Shown: piece by piece, positions 8,574-16,222 of the stretch
Numbering within the stretch: the first letter of the stretch is position 1
How the letters are laid out: the number at the start of each line of letters is the position of its first letter
Virus record (IMG/VR): IMGVR_UViG_3300037044_000005
Coordinates: 1 to 42,886 of that record
Strand: one strand, 5' to 3'
Source: a virus
Lineage: Duplodnaviria; Caudoviricetes
Length of the DNA stretch: 42,886 nucleotides
Notes under the pieces: generated by a model
What the model saw: only the letters and a program-made list of their open reading frames with translations
What the model was told of the DNA's origin: nothing
Database searches by the model: none
Position numbers and translations under genes: made by a program

Positions 8574-9151
8574 CCCTCACAGAGATTAAGGTAGATTCTA
8601 CCCATCTTTCCGAGATTGACACCGTCCCGGCACTGCTTAGTTTTGTCGGTGAAAACGTCTGCAACCGTTGGGTAGCCATCGGGCAAACTGACAGCAAAGT
8701 CCATTGGCAATATGGCAGGGAAGCGGACGCGCTGATAAGCGAAGGGGCGCGGGTAGGCGTCGTGTGCAAGGCGATTGCTGTAAAAGCGGGAAAATCGTTT
8801 GAAACAATCCGCAAGGCGTACTACACCTACAAAGGCTATACCGCCGACCAGCGCAGGCAATACGACCTAGCTCCCTACTCCGTTTTTGAACACGCCCGCC
8901 GATGTGACAAGCCGCTTGAAGTGCTGCAATACTACATTGACCACCAAGCCAGCGTGGACGAAATCGAAAGGGTATTCCCCGCTCCTGAAAGTGGCGAGCG
9001 TGAATTTGAGCAGTATTTCCAATCCACAAAATACCCCCGTTATCTGTATGGAGTCTGCCGTGAGTTGTACGGGATAGACCCGATCTGGAAACAGGAAGCG
9101 GACGAACATATCAGGCAGTTATTGGAAATTATCGAAAGGGCGAATAGATGA
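8570..9151 (+). CDS. hypothetical protein
   Basis: 193-aa ORF, translationally coupled to its neighbours. Confidence 0.7.
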   Translation: MTLTEIKVDSTHLSEIDTVPALLSFVGENVCNRWVAIGQTDSKVHWQYGREADALISEGARVGVVCKAIAVKAGKSFETIRKAYYTYKGYTADQRRQYDLAPYSVFEHARRCDKPLEVLQYYIDHQASVDEIERVFPAPESGEREFEQYFQSTKYPRYLYGVCRELYGIDPIWKQEADEHIRQLLEIIERANR

Positions 9152-9351
9152 CCTACAAACCCCGCGTCCGCTTATCCGCCTGTACCACCTGTTACCGATG
9201 CGGAGGCTGGTTATCCGAGGGGCAGGAGGTCGCGGTGGAATGGGACGAAGCGATTGATGGATACATCCACAGACACACCCGCGCAGGGTTGTGTCGAAGG
9301 TTTTCAGCAAGTGCTGAAAGTGAGGTAAAGAGTGAAAATACTAACAGGTGA
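9148..9351 (+). CDS. small Zn-finger-like protein
   Basis: CYRC motif; coupled ORF. Confidence 0.5.
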   Translation: MTYKPRVRLSACTTCYRCGGWLSEGQEVAVEWDEAIDGYIHRHTRAGLCRRFSASAESEVKSENTNR

Positions 9352-10351
9352 CAACCGAAAAACTTTAAAGACTATTGAGAGCGGCACGGTGCAAACTTGT
9401 GTTACTTCGCCGCCATATTACGGATTGCGAGATTATGGAATGCCTGACCAAATCGGTCTTGAAGAAACGCCCGAAATCTACGTTGAAAAACTTGTACAAG
9501 TATTCCGCGAGGTTTGGCGTGTGCTGAAAGATGACGGTACATTGTGGCTCAATCTCGGTGATAGCTACGCTAATTCAGGCAAGGGTGGAAATCCAGCTGG
9601 AAGCGATTGGAGTGGGTTTGTTGGAAATAACGAACGCGAAAAATCTGCAATGCCTCGCGCCATGAAGGCTAAAGATATTGGACTAAAACCTAAAGACCTT
9701 ATCGGCATCCCCTGGATGGTCGCCTTTGCCCTTCGCGCTGATGGTTGGTATTTGCGCTCTGACATTATCTGGCACAAGCCGAATCCCATGCCCGAAAGTG
9801 TGACCGACAGACCGACAAAAAGCCATGAGTATATTTTCCTGATGAGCAAGAGCGCACAATATTACTATGACCATGAAGCTATTCAGGAAATTGCTACTGG
9901 ATACGATGGGCGCAAAGATACTAAATACAAAGGATCCAAAAAATATGAAAACAGCGGACAAACAAACGCAAGGGTGGGCGGGGAAAGATGGAAATATAAA
10001 AATTTGAAAGAAGATGGACAACAACCCAACACAATGCACCTGAACAGGCTCGTTGGTGATGAATACGTGTCGCCCGTCCGAAACAAGCGCAGCGTGTGGA
10101 CAGTTACAACCAAGCCATACAGCGGCGCGCACTTTGCAACCTTCCCGCCTGATTTGATAGAGCCGTGTATTTTAGCTGGCAGTAAAGCGGGTGATATTGT
10201 GCTTGACCCATTCAGCGGAAGCGGTACAACTGGCGCTGTATCTTTGAAGCATCACAGGGACTATATCGGATGTGAGTTGAATCCTGATTATGTTGAATTG
10301 ACAAACAAGCGATTTTCAAACGTGCAACCTGTTTTGATGGGTACGCTGTGA
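9332..10351 (+). CDS. DNA N4-cytosine/N6-adenine methyltransferase (beta class)
   Basis: TSPPY catalytic motif near the N-terminus, HFATFP, and the DPFSGSGTT SAM motif near the C-terminus. Confidence 0.92.
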   Translation: MKILTGDNRKTLKTIESGTVQTCVTSPPYYGLRDYGMPDQIGLEETPEIYVEKLVQVFREVWRVLKDDGTLWLNLGDSYANSGKGGNPAGSDWSGFVGNNEREKSAMPRAMKAKDIGLKPKDLIGIPWMVAFALRADGWYLRSDIIWHKPNPMPESVTDRPTKSHEYIFLMSKSAQYYYDHEAIQEIATGYDGRKDTKYKGSKKYENSGQTNARVGGERWKYKNLKEDGQQPNTMHLNRLVGDEYVSPVRNKRSVWTVTTKPYSGAHFATFPPDLIEPCILAGSKAGDIVLDPFSGSGTTGAVSLKHHRDYIGCELNPDYVELTNKRFSNVQPVLMGTL

Positions 10352-10632
10352 ACATCCGCCGCGCAATTGAACATGAAATAGTTATGTCAATAATTGAGGA
10401 AAATATGAAGCCGTCTAAGCACGCCCGCGAGTTATTAGAAGCAATCGAGAACGAAATGATTATCTCAGATGATGAAGGCATGAAGTGGTATTTTGGGGGA
10501 CGCAGAATCAGACTTGTATCCGCAGAGATTGAAGGTGAAGTAGAAATTGAAGAAAACGGTTACGTATGTGAAAACTTTGATGCTGGTGTGAAACTCTTGC
10601 GAGAGTATGGGTATATCACAGAGGAGTCTTGA
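10348..10632 (+). CDS. hypothetical protein
   Basis: Coupled ORF. Confidence 0.6.
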   Translation: MNIRRAIEHEIVMSIIEENMKPSKHARELLEAIENEMIISDDEGMKWYFGGRRIRLVSAEIEGEVEIEENGYVCENFDAGVKLLREYGYITEES

Positions 10633-11216
10633 TGGGAATGACCCTAAACACCCCGCCGAGGGCGAAGCCGAAGCCGACGCCCAAAGCGAAATCCAAGAAG
10701 CGCAAGAAGAAAACGCCCCGTCAATTGATAATCATAGACTTGGACAACATCATTCGAGAGATTGTTTTCATGCGTGATGAAAACTCCGCCCCCCTTGTTT
10801 ACAAAGAAGCGATAGACGCGCAGGGAGCGGTTGAGTACGCAATCAATCACCGAGGCGTTCCCCAGCCGGGACACGTTATCAGCCGAGGAAAGATGTCAGT
10901 CCGTTGGGACTTGTGGAATGTCCACAAACAGGACGCAAGCGACAACCTGCTGCACGAATTTTATCCAGAGGTTTACAACCAGTGGGTGATAACAAAATTC
11001 GGTTTGAATGTATGGAATCGGCTGGTAGATGAAAGCCGCCGCGTATGGATTTACTCGATGGACGATTTAGAAACCTTATACATTGAACTTGTAGAAATCA
11101 AAAAGAAGCAGGAAGACAATCCATCTTGGAAGCCGTATTTCAGCCAGAAGGAAATTGTCACTGGCGAATGGAGAACTATAAGCGAGCATAATCCTAACTT
11201 TGAGGCGAAATTATGA
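10629..11216 (+). CDS. NinG/Rap-like HNH-fold nuclease
   Basis: Basic N-terminus; GHVISRG...RWDLWNVHKQ...N pattern as in NinG, but the Cys ligands are absent. Confidence 0.55.
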   Translation: MMGMTLNTPPRAKPKPTPKAKSKKRKKKTPRQLIIIDLDNIIREIVFMRDENSAPLVYKEAIDAQGAVEYAINHRGVPQPGHVISRGKMSVRWDLWNVHKQDASDNLLHEFYPEVYNQWVITKFGLNVWNRLVDESRRVWIYSMDDLETLYIELVEIKKKQEDNPSWKPYFSQKEIVTGEWRTISEHNPNFEAKL

Positions 11217-11383
11217 ATACCCTCCCGATCATCTCCCTGCTCTCCCTATTCGCCGCCGCTCTGTTATGGGTGGGCGTGCGGCTTGACGAGTGGTACATCT
11301 GGGCGCTACTCGTCATTGTCACCATACTCATTGTAGTGACCATCGGCGTATCGTTGTACACGATGCCGAGGAAAGGAAAATAG
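11213..11383 (+). CDS. 56-aa membrane protein (not in the ORF track)
   Basis: Reads MNTLPIISLLSLF...RKGK; two hydrophobic segments; ATGA coupling. Confidence 0.6.
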   Translation: MNTLPIISLLSLFAAALLWVGVRLDEWYIWALLVIVTILIVVTIGVSLYTMPRKGK

Positions 11384-11385
11384 AA

Positions 11386-11625
11386 ATGGCTCAAATCGTA
11401 ACCCTATCCCCCACATTTGAAATGCAGGTAAACGGGAACATGGCAACAGTCTACACCCGCGAATACGTCTCAGAAGCCGAGGTACTCAGCTACGCCGAAG
11501 AAAAGCACGGCGCGGGCTGGAAGCTGGTTGGTGATGAAGGATTTGATTCAGACTCGTGCAATCCGCGCAGAGAAGAAAAAGGCGCACATTGGGGAAATTG
11601 GCGCTGGAAGTTGGTTCGTGTGTGA
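11386..11625 (+). CDS. hypothetical protein
   Basis: ATG at 11386 after AAAGGA. Confidence 0.6.
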   Translation: MAQIVTLSPTFEMQVNGNMATVYTREYVSEAEVLSYAEEKHGAGWKLVGDEGFDSDSCNPRREEKGAHWGNWRWKLVRV

Positions 11626-11684
11626 ACGTCGCTTTTTTAGTGACGATTATTCAATCAATTATTCAATTAGTAGAAAGGTAAAAG

Positions 11685-12437
11685 ATGAACGATACCGATG
11701 ACATTCTAAAGGCTTTAGACGACAAAACGCCAGTCAAGAAGCCAACCAATTGGGAGCTATGGGCAGCTTTATATTTTGCGGAATTGATTTTTGTACTGCT
11801 TGACGCTGGCTCTGCTCTTGGTGTTGGTCTTATCACAGGGATTTGGTATTACGGCGTCATTGTGTTCTTTGCTGGAGTTATCCCCCTCTGGCTTTACACA
11901 AAGACTTATACCCGCCCCCTAGCTTCCCCACAGCAGAAGAAAGCCGCAATGATTGGCGGATTGGTGGCGGTGTTTTCCGTTGTTGTGGTCGCTGGCTTTG
12001 TGGCTGTTCTTAACTTCGCCGCTGGGCAGTTTTCAGGCGATGCCCTTGCATGGACAGAAGCAGGCTTGGGAATTTCCCTGATTGGCTTGCTAGCGGTGCA
12101 TGGCTTCATAAACGCCTATTACTTTTTCAGTGACGAACAGGTCAAAGAACACAACAAAACACAACGCATTATTGCCAGAGGCGACGCGCAGGTGAAGCGA
12201 ATCAAGGTGGCTCAGGACGTGGCCAACGCCAAACGCCGCGAAGTAACAGCCCGCCAAAAACTCGAATCCGCATTCAGCCCTGAAATTGTCGCAAAGATTA
12301 TGTCAATGATGGCAGATGATGACGGCGACGGGATTCCAAACTTTATTGATCCAGTGGACAATCGAAAGCGTCAATTCGCGTCTGAAACGAAAGTCCCCCA
12401 AGTCCCAAACTCCCAAGCGGGGGAGTCCCAGGACTAA
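11685..12437 (+). CDS. multi-pass membrane protein with coiled coil and DDDGDGIPN motif
   Basis: About four hydrophobic helices; thrombospondin type-3-like acidic motif; AAAGG RBS. Confidence 0.8.
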   Translation: MNDTDDILKALDDKTPVKKPTNWELWAALYFAELIFVLLDAGSALGVGLITGIWYYGVIVFFAGVIPLWLYTKTYTRPLASPQQKKAAMIGGLVAVFSVVVVAGFVAVLNFAAGQFSGDALAWTEAGLGISLIGLLAVHGFINAYYFFSDEQVKEHNKTQRIIARGDAQVKRIKVAQDVANAKRREVTARQKLESAFSPEIVAKIMSMMADDDGDGIPNFIDPVDNRKRQFASETKVPQVPNSQAGESQD

Positions 12438-12444
12438 CCCCCGC
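12404..12444 (+). promoter_or_regulatory. -1 programmed ribosomal frameshift signal
   Basis: In-frame C CCA AAC heptamer, 6-nt spacer, then the stem GCGGGGG-AGTCC-CA-GGACT-AA-CCCCCGC. Confidence 0.75.
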
Positions 12445-12883
12445 AGCACCAGAAGGGGAGGCGCAAGCCTCCCTGACTGCCACTAGGCACGTTTTACCTA
12501 GTGGTAGCGATGATGAGGCGATAATTTTAGCCGCCCTGTCTCTGCCTAGTGGCAGTAAAGAAAAGTACAGAAAGCGCTGGATTGAGTTTGATTGTCAGAA
12601 AGGAGTACATCATGGGAAATACGCAACCTACCGCAACGGGAGCAGGATCAGGGAAGAAGGCGGATATATCGGACGCTTTGACAAAGTCACCGCGACTGGC
12701 GAGTATGGTAAAAAGCGCGTCGCAGAATTCCCGCACAACCACAACTGCCACTATGCAGAAAGGTTTACCAAAGACTTGGAAGAATGTGGAATTAGAGGAA
12801 TTGAGGCGCAAGGCTGGCCTAGTGGCAGGAGCATTAGCGGACTTTCAAGCGGCAGGCGGGCTGATAGTGAGGAAAGAAGTTGA
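12410..12883 (+). CDS. -1 frame extension (157 codons) of the 11685 membrane protein
   Basis: Open from the slippery site to TGA 12881-12883 with no usable start codon; includes RKRWIEF...GKYATYRNGSRIREEGGYIGRFD. Confidence 0.65.
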   Translation, partial: LPSGGVPGLTPAAPEGEAQASLTATRHVLPSGSDDEAIILAALSLPSGSKEKYRKRWIEFDCQKGVHHGKYATYRNGSRIREEGGYIGRFDKVTATGEYGKKRVAEFPHNHNCHYAERFTKDLEECGIRGIEAQGWPSGRSISGLSSGRRADSEERS

Positions 12884-12996
12884 ATATACCCTACCTAGTG
12901 GCAGGACGTATAAAGCCCTTCGGCTCCACCTGATTGTTGAGAATGCCAACCTAGTGGCTGAGACAACGCCCGACGGGATAGACTTCAGCATAGTGG
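12480..12996. repeat. cluster of CCTAGTGG motifs
   Basis: Perfect copies at 12480 (inverted), 12497, 12545, 12818, 12894 and 12950; CATAGTGG variants at 12748 (inverted) and 12989. Confidence 0.85.
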
Positions 12997-13037
12997 CTGA
13001 AACCCAAAACGTATCGGAATCAAAGGCGTTGGAGTAG
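12612..13037 (+). CDS. hypothetical protein
   Basis: AAAGGAG RBS before ATG 12612; start uncertain because it overlaps the -1 extension. Confidence 0.6.
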   Translation: MGNTQPTATGAGSGKKADISDALTKSPRLASMVKSASQNSRTTTTATMQKGLPKTWKNVELEELRRKAGLVAGALADFQAAGGLIVRKEVEYTLPSGRTYKALRLHLIVENANLVAETTPDGIDFSIVAETQNVSESKALE

Positions 13038-13040
13038 GTC

Positions 13041-13370
13041 ATGACAACTCTTACAATCATTGCGGCAGCTTGTGGTATTGGTCTGATTATTTACGCATTC
13101 CAGTACGGAAATGAGCGTATCACCCTCCGCCAGTGGTTCTACCGTACCGTTTATCTCCGCTCCCTCGGCTGGCGGTGGACGAAATCCCTCCGAAAGTTTG
13201 AGTATTGCGAAGTGTGTGGAAGGCGGGCAAAAATAGCGAAGCCCTTGCACCTGCACCACGTGGACTACAGCGGGTACGGCTGGCACTCGCTGATAGTCCC
13301 TGATCTAGTCAGCCCGATGCAAACACTGTGCGCCCGTCATCATAGGCAGGCGCACGGGAAAGGAAAATGA
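13041..13370 (+). CDS. HNH endonuclease with hydrophobic N-terminus
   Basis: CEVC...LHLHHVDY...LCARHHRQAH. Confidence 0.75.
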   Translation: MTTLTIIAAACGIGLIIYAFQYGNERITLRQWFYRTVYLRSLGWRWTKSLRKFEYCEVCGRRAKIAKPLHLHHVDYSGYGWHSLIVPDLVSPMQTLCARHHRQAHGKGK

Positions 13371-13621
13371 AAATGGGTGTCATATTTTTAGACAGGTTTG
13401 ATACCGTGTCTGATTTGCGCAGCAAGAAGCGCACGTATGAAAATATCAAGGCGGCTGTTTTAGCGGCTGGTAAGTTTTCTTGCTTCGATGTTGAAACAGA
13501 GAAAGACGGCAGAATATTCACGGCTCTTTGTCACGACCCTGAAATTGAAACATTTAAGATGGGTTATCCGTGGACTGGCGTGCGTCTCCGAAAGGAAACC
13601 GATGATAAAGCTACTTATTGA
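13367..13621 (+). CDS. hypothetical protein
   Basis: Coupled ORF with AAGGA RBS. Confidence 0.6.
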   Translation: MKMGVIFLDRFDTVSDLRSKKRTYENIKAAVLAAGKFSCFDVETEKDGRIFTALCHDPEIETFKMGYPWTGVRLRKETDDKATY

Positions 13622-13708
13622 AGCAATCCGAAAATTCCTATCCAGTCTCATTGCAGAGGGATGGGAAGATGACGAATACTTTTACTACGGAAAGCCAGAG
13701 AAAGGAAA

Positions 13709-13936
13709 ATGAAAATGAGTTTATCGAATACAAATTCTGGTTCCGGCTGGCAGTGCCCGTCATGTAAAACATGGATTCCCGCTGGTGAGTTTCATGCTTG
13801 CAATGGTTTCATGTCATTTGAAGAATGGTTCGCTGGTTGGTTTGAACGCCACATGAAAGAAGTTGCTGATTTCCACAAGCGCGCCATGTGGGATGCGTGG
13901 CAAGCAAAAGAAGCCACCCGCAAGGAAGGAAAATAG
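13709..13936 (+). CDS. hypothetical protein
   Basis: GWQCPSC motif; AAAGGA RBS. Confidence 0.55.
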   Translation: MKMSLSNTNSGSGWQCPSCKTWIPAGEFHACNGFMSFEEWFAGWFERHMKEVADFHKRAMWDAWQAKEATRKEGK

Positions 13937-14260
13937 ATGAACTGGAAACTCCCCGTCATATTACTTACATTTGCAGTCATGGCGTGTGGGATGCAATTAC
14001 CACTTACTGCTGAAACTGTTACTAAGGCGAATCTTATTAACACCCCGCGCCTGTCAGCCGCTCCCGTCCCTGTAACCCCTGGTACTGCTCTCGTTTGCGG
14101 GTACTGGAACATTCGGGAAAATCCCGACCCCGATTCCGCATCAATCGGGATTGCCCCCGCTACCGTCACCCTGACAGGCAGGACAGCCACCGCGCCCGAT
14201 GGCGGGCAGTGGGTAGAGACTGCGGAAGGGTGGATGAATGAGAAGGGGTTGTGTGATTAG
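13937..14260 (+). CDS. lipoprotein with SH3b-like domain
   Basis: Signal peptide ending VMAC (lipobox-like); WNIRENP...W...GW SH3b pattern. Confidence 0.65.
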   Translation: MNWKLPVILLTFAVMACGMQLPLTAETVTKANLINTPRLSAAPVPVTPGTALVCGYWNIRENPDPDSASIGIAPATVTLTGRTATAPDGGQWVETAEGWMNEKGLCD

Positions 14261-14302
14261 CAAATTATTTGAGTCAAATAATTGCTCCAAATCATAGTTA
14301 GG
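14256..14302 (+). repeat. 47-bp cassette-array head site, copy 2
   Basis: ATTAGCAAATTATTTGAGTCAAATAATTGCTCCAAATCATAGTTAGG; the GTTAGGC core is at 14297-14303. Confidence 0.85.
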
Positions 14303-14335
14303 CAGAACCCATAAAAACGAGTTCCTTTCTAACCC

Positions 14336-14364
14336 TTGACATCGTTACTGTAACGCGGTAAGAT
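14336..14364 (+). promoter_or_regulatory. near-consensus sigma70 promoter with operator palindrome
   Basis: TTGACA-17 bp-TAAGAT; the spacer holds CGTTAC-T-GTAACG. Confidence 0.8.
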
Positions 14365-14386
14365 TAGGTCAATCAAGGAGATTGAC

Positions 14387-14671
14387 ATGACACAGACAAC
14401 CCAAACACGCGACGAGCAATTTTTGAGCCAGTTCCAATTTGGCGCAATCCGCTTCAATGAGTGGAAGCAGAAGTATCAGGTCTGGCTTGAATCCGATGAG
14501 TTTCGCTCTGGCAAGAACCAGAACGCGCCTGAATTTTTGGCGCAGGACGCGTTTGATGTCCTTTGGTTCTCCACTGTTCAGGAAGCCGAAGCGTTCTGCC
14601 AGAAGTTCGGCTTTGAGCCTGTAATGACCAAGACCGTTTACCACGTCAGCGGGAATGTCTTATGGCAGTAG
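14387..14671 (+). CDS. hypothetical protein (cassette R1)
   Basis: AAGGAG RBS directly after the promoter. Confidence 0.75.
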   Translation: MTQTTQTRDEQFLSQFQFGAIRFNEWKQKYQVWLESDEFRSGKNQNAPEFLAQDAFDVLWFSTVQEAEAFCQKFGFEPVMTKTVYHVSGNVLWQ

Positions 14672-14865
14672 TCACGTCCAGCAATCGGATGTTATTTCAG
14701 CAGGCATGGGACTTGTCCGCAGGGACGGTCTCATACCTGATTGATTGCACTAACTACGACATTATTTATACCGTAAAGCGAGAGTTTGCTTTTTGGTGTC
14801 TACGAAATCCAAATTTTGATAATTGGATTCAGGCTTGGAAGGTGTTTAGTGGTCAACAAAGATAA
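14662..14865 (+). CDS. hypothetical protein (cassette R1)
   Basis: Overlapping coupled ORF. Confidence 0.6.
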   Translation: MAVVTSSNRMLFQQAWDLSAGTVSYLIDCTNYDIIYTVKREFAFWCLRNPNFDNWIQAWKVFSGQQR

Positions 14866-15070
14866 AACAGGTAGTGATCGTCAATCCCGTTTACGTGCGT
14901 CTCGCGTCAAGTGGTTGGCTAAGAATGCTTATGGCTTATCAGCAGAAGGTCTTATTGGTGCGCTCATGCGTGGAGAATGTTTTTTATCATGGGCGGGTGT
15001 GCCAAAATCCCGCTTAAATATGATGCATGGCTCAAAGGTGGCGTCTGACAAGAAAGTGACGAGAGCATAA
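14849..15070 (+). CDS. small basic putative DNA-binding protein (cassette R1)
   Basis: GTG start after GGAAGG; TGSDRQSRLR basic helix; hairpin at 15071-15105 follows. Confidence 0.5.
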   Translation: MVNKDKTGSDRQSRLRASRVKWLAKNAYGLSAEGLIGALMRGECFLSWAGVPKSRLNMMHGSKVASDKKVTRA

Positions 15071-15123
15071 AGTGAGCGGCGGTGACCACCTAGTCGCCGT
15101 TCACTAGAATAAGAAAATATCTG

Positions 15124-15381
15124 ATGAATAAAAAAGAATTAAAAAAATTAAAACTCGGCTTGTATAAGTTGTTTTGGAAAAGCGGAGGTTATTCGCTTGC
15201 TTCTGTTGGTCAGGATAAATCTGGTGCGTTGTGGTTTGCGCCGTGTAATTGGGTTAATGTCCCATGTTTCAACTGGCGGAATGTATGGCGCGTTGAAGAA
15301 ATCTGCCTAACACAGCGTGCAGCGGATTTGCCGCCAGTCATGGGCACGGCTGAATATATCGAAGTGGCGGCAAACCGCTAA
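15124..15381 (+). CDS. hypothetical protein (cassette R1), reads through attC
   Basis: Stop TAA lies in the L' box of the attC. Confidence 0.65.
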   Translation: MNKKELKKLKLGLYKLFWKSGGYSLASVGQDKSGALWFAPCNWVNVPCFNWRNVWRVEEICLTQRAADLPPVMGTAEYIEVAANR

Positions 15382-15396
15382 CGCAAACCGTTGGGC
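15305..15396 (+). mobile_element. attC site (92 bp)
   Basis: GCCTAAC-ACAGC-GTGCAGCGGATTTGCCGCCA ... TGGCGGCAAACCGCTAACGC-AAACC-GTTGGGC, with an attC-like bulged fold. Confidence 0.88.
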
Positions 15397-15425
15397 GGCT
15401 CTCGCTCAAAGAAAAGGAATTGCAA

Positions 15426-15644
15426 ATGGAATATATGCCGCAAGTAAAAGTAAGCAAAGAAGATTTCCTAGCGTTGAGTGATCTAGCTGGTGAAATGTCA
15501 ATCATGGATTACATGAGCAAGGTTATTCATGAGCATGTCGCCGCCCAACAAAGCGTGTACTCTGACGCGGCTACCGTGTCGAATTGCAAACATAATTTTG
15601 GTGATGGTTTATATTGTATCCATTGCGGTGAAGTCTTATTTTAG
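15426..15644 (+). CDS. cassette R2 protein (RHH-like N-terminus, Cys/His C-terminus)
   Basis: AAAGGA RBS after the core site; the C-terminus is encoded inside the attC. Confidence 0.6.
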   Translation: MEYMPQVKVSKEDFLALSDLAGEMSIMDYMSKVIHEHVAAQQSVYSDAATVSNCKHNFGDGLYCIHCGEVLF

Positions 15645-15670
15645 CCGCGCAGGTAACGCAACCGTTCGGC
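15543..15670 (+). mobile_element. attC site (128 bp)
   Basis: GCCCAAC-AAAGC-GTGTACTCTGACGCGGCTA ... TAGCCGCGCAGGTAACGC-AACC-GTTCGGC. Confidence 0.8.
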
Positions 15671-15693
15671 GACTGAAAAGAAAGGATTATGTA

Positions 15694-15861
15694 ATGGATA
15701 AAGGGATACCAGATGAAAAAAAGAAAAACGACGAGGCTGCATTGTTCTTGTGTAATTGTCGTGATTGTTCTTCACACATCGAACTATCTTGGCACGAAAA
15801 CTTTTGTGAATATAAAAAATGGTGGTTTGATGAAAGGGTAAGAGGATTATGCAATGGATAA
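15694..15861 (+). CDS. small Cys-rich hypothetical protein
   Basis: ATG at 15694 after AAAGGA. Confidence 0.5.
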   Translation: MDKGIPDEKKKNDEAALFLCNCRDCSSHIELSWHENFCEYKKWWFDERVRGLCNG

Positions 15862-16078
15862 TTTGACTGTCTGCACAAAATGCCGAATCCATCATTACGA
15901 TAATTGCCCGCGCTGTTTAGGATTTGGACTGAGAACCAATACCATCGAGGATGTGCCAATTACAGCGCAACAGGCGCACGGCATAGGAAATCCAGGTGAC
16001 GAACCGCTTCCAGAGTGGAAGCCTTGTCCTGTTTGTGGCTCTACTCCGCAAGGGATACCAGATGAAAGGAAAAAATGA
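15854..16078 (+). CDS. small Zn-finger protein
   Basis: Three CxxC motifs. Confidence 0.6.
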   Translation: MDNLTVCTKCRIHHYDNCPRCLGFGLRTNTIEDVPITAQQAHGIGNPGDEPLPEWKPCPVCGSTPQGIPDERKK

Positions 16079-16221
16079 AAATACTTATCAAGTATGTGAT
16101 TTTGGGAAGTTTGATTACGTTGGCGTTCATGTTTATAGTTGCCGCAATAGGTAAGCCAGTTTGTTTTGGCGTTGTGTGTTTCGTCCGCCCCGAATGGTGG
16201 CTAAGAGTATTTGGTGGATAA
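16075..16221 (+). CDS. 48-aa membrane peptide (not in the ORF track)
   Basis: Reads MKILIKYVILG...; AAAGGA RBS. Confidence 0.5.
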   Translation: MKILIKYVILGSLITLAFMFIVAAIGKPVCFGVVCFVRPEWWLRVFGG

Positions 16222-16222
16222 C

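Larger units (their letters stand above)
14298..15390 (+). mobile_element. gene cassette R1 (four ORFs, own promoter)
   Basis: Starts GTTAGGCAGA (14297), the exact reverse complement of its own R'' region TCTGCCTAAC (15302-15311). Confidence 0.75.
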
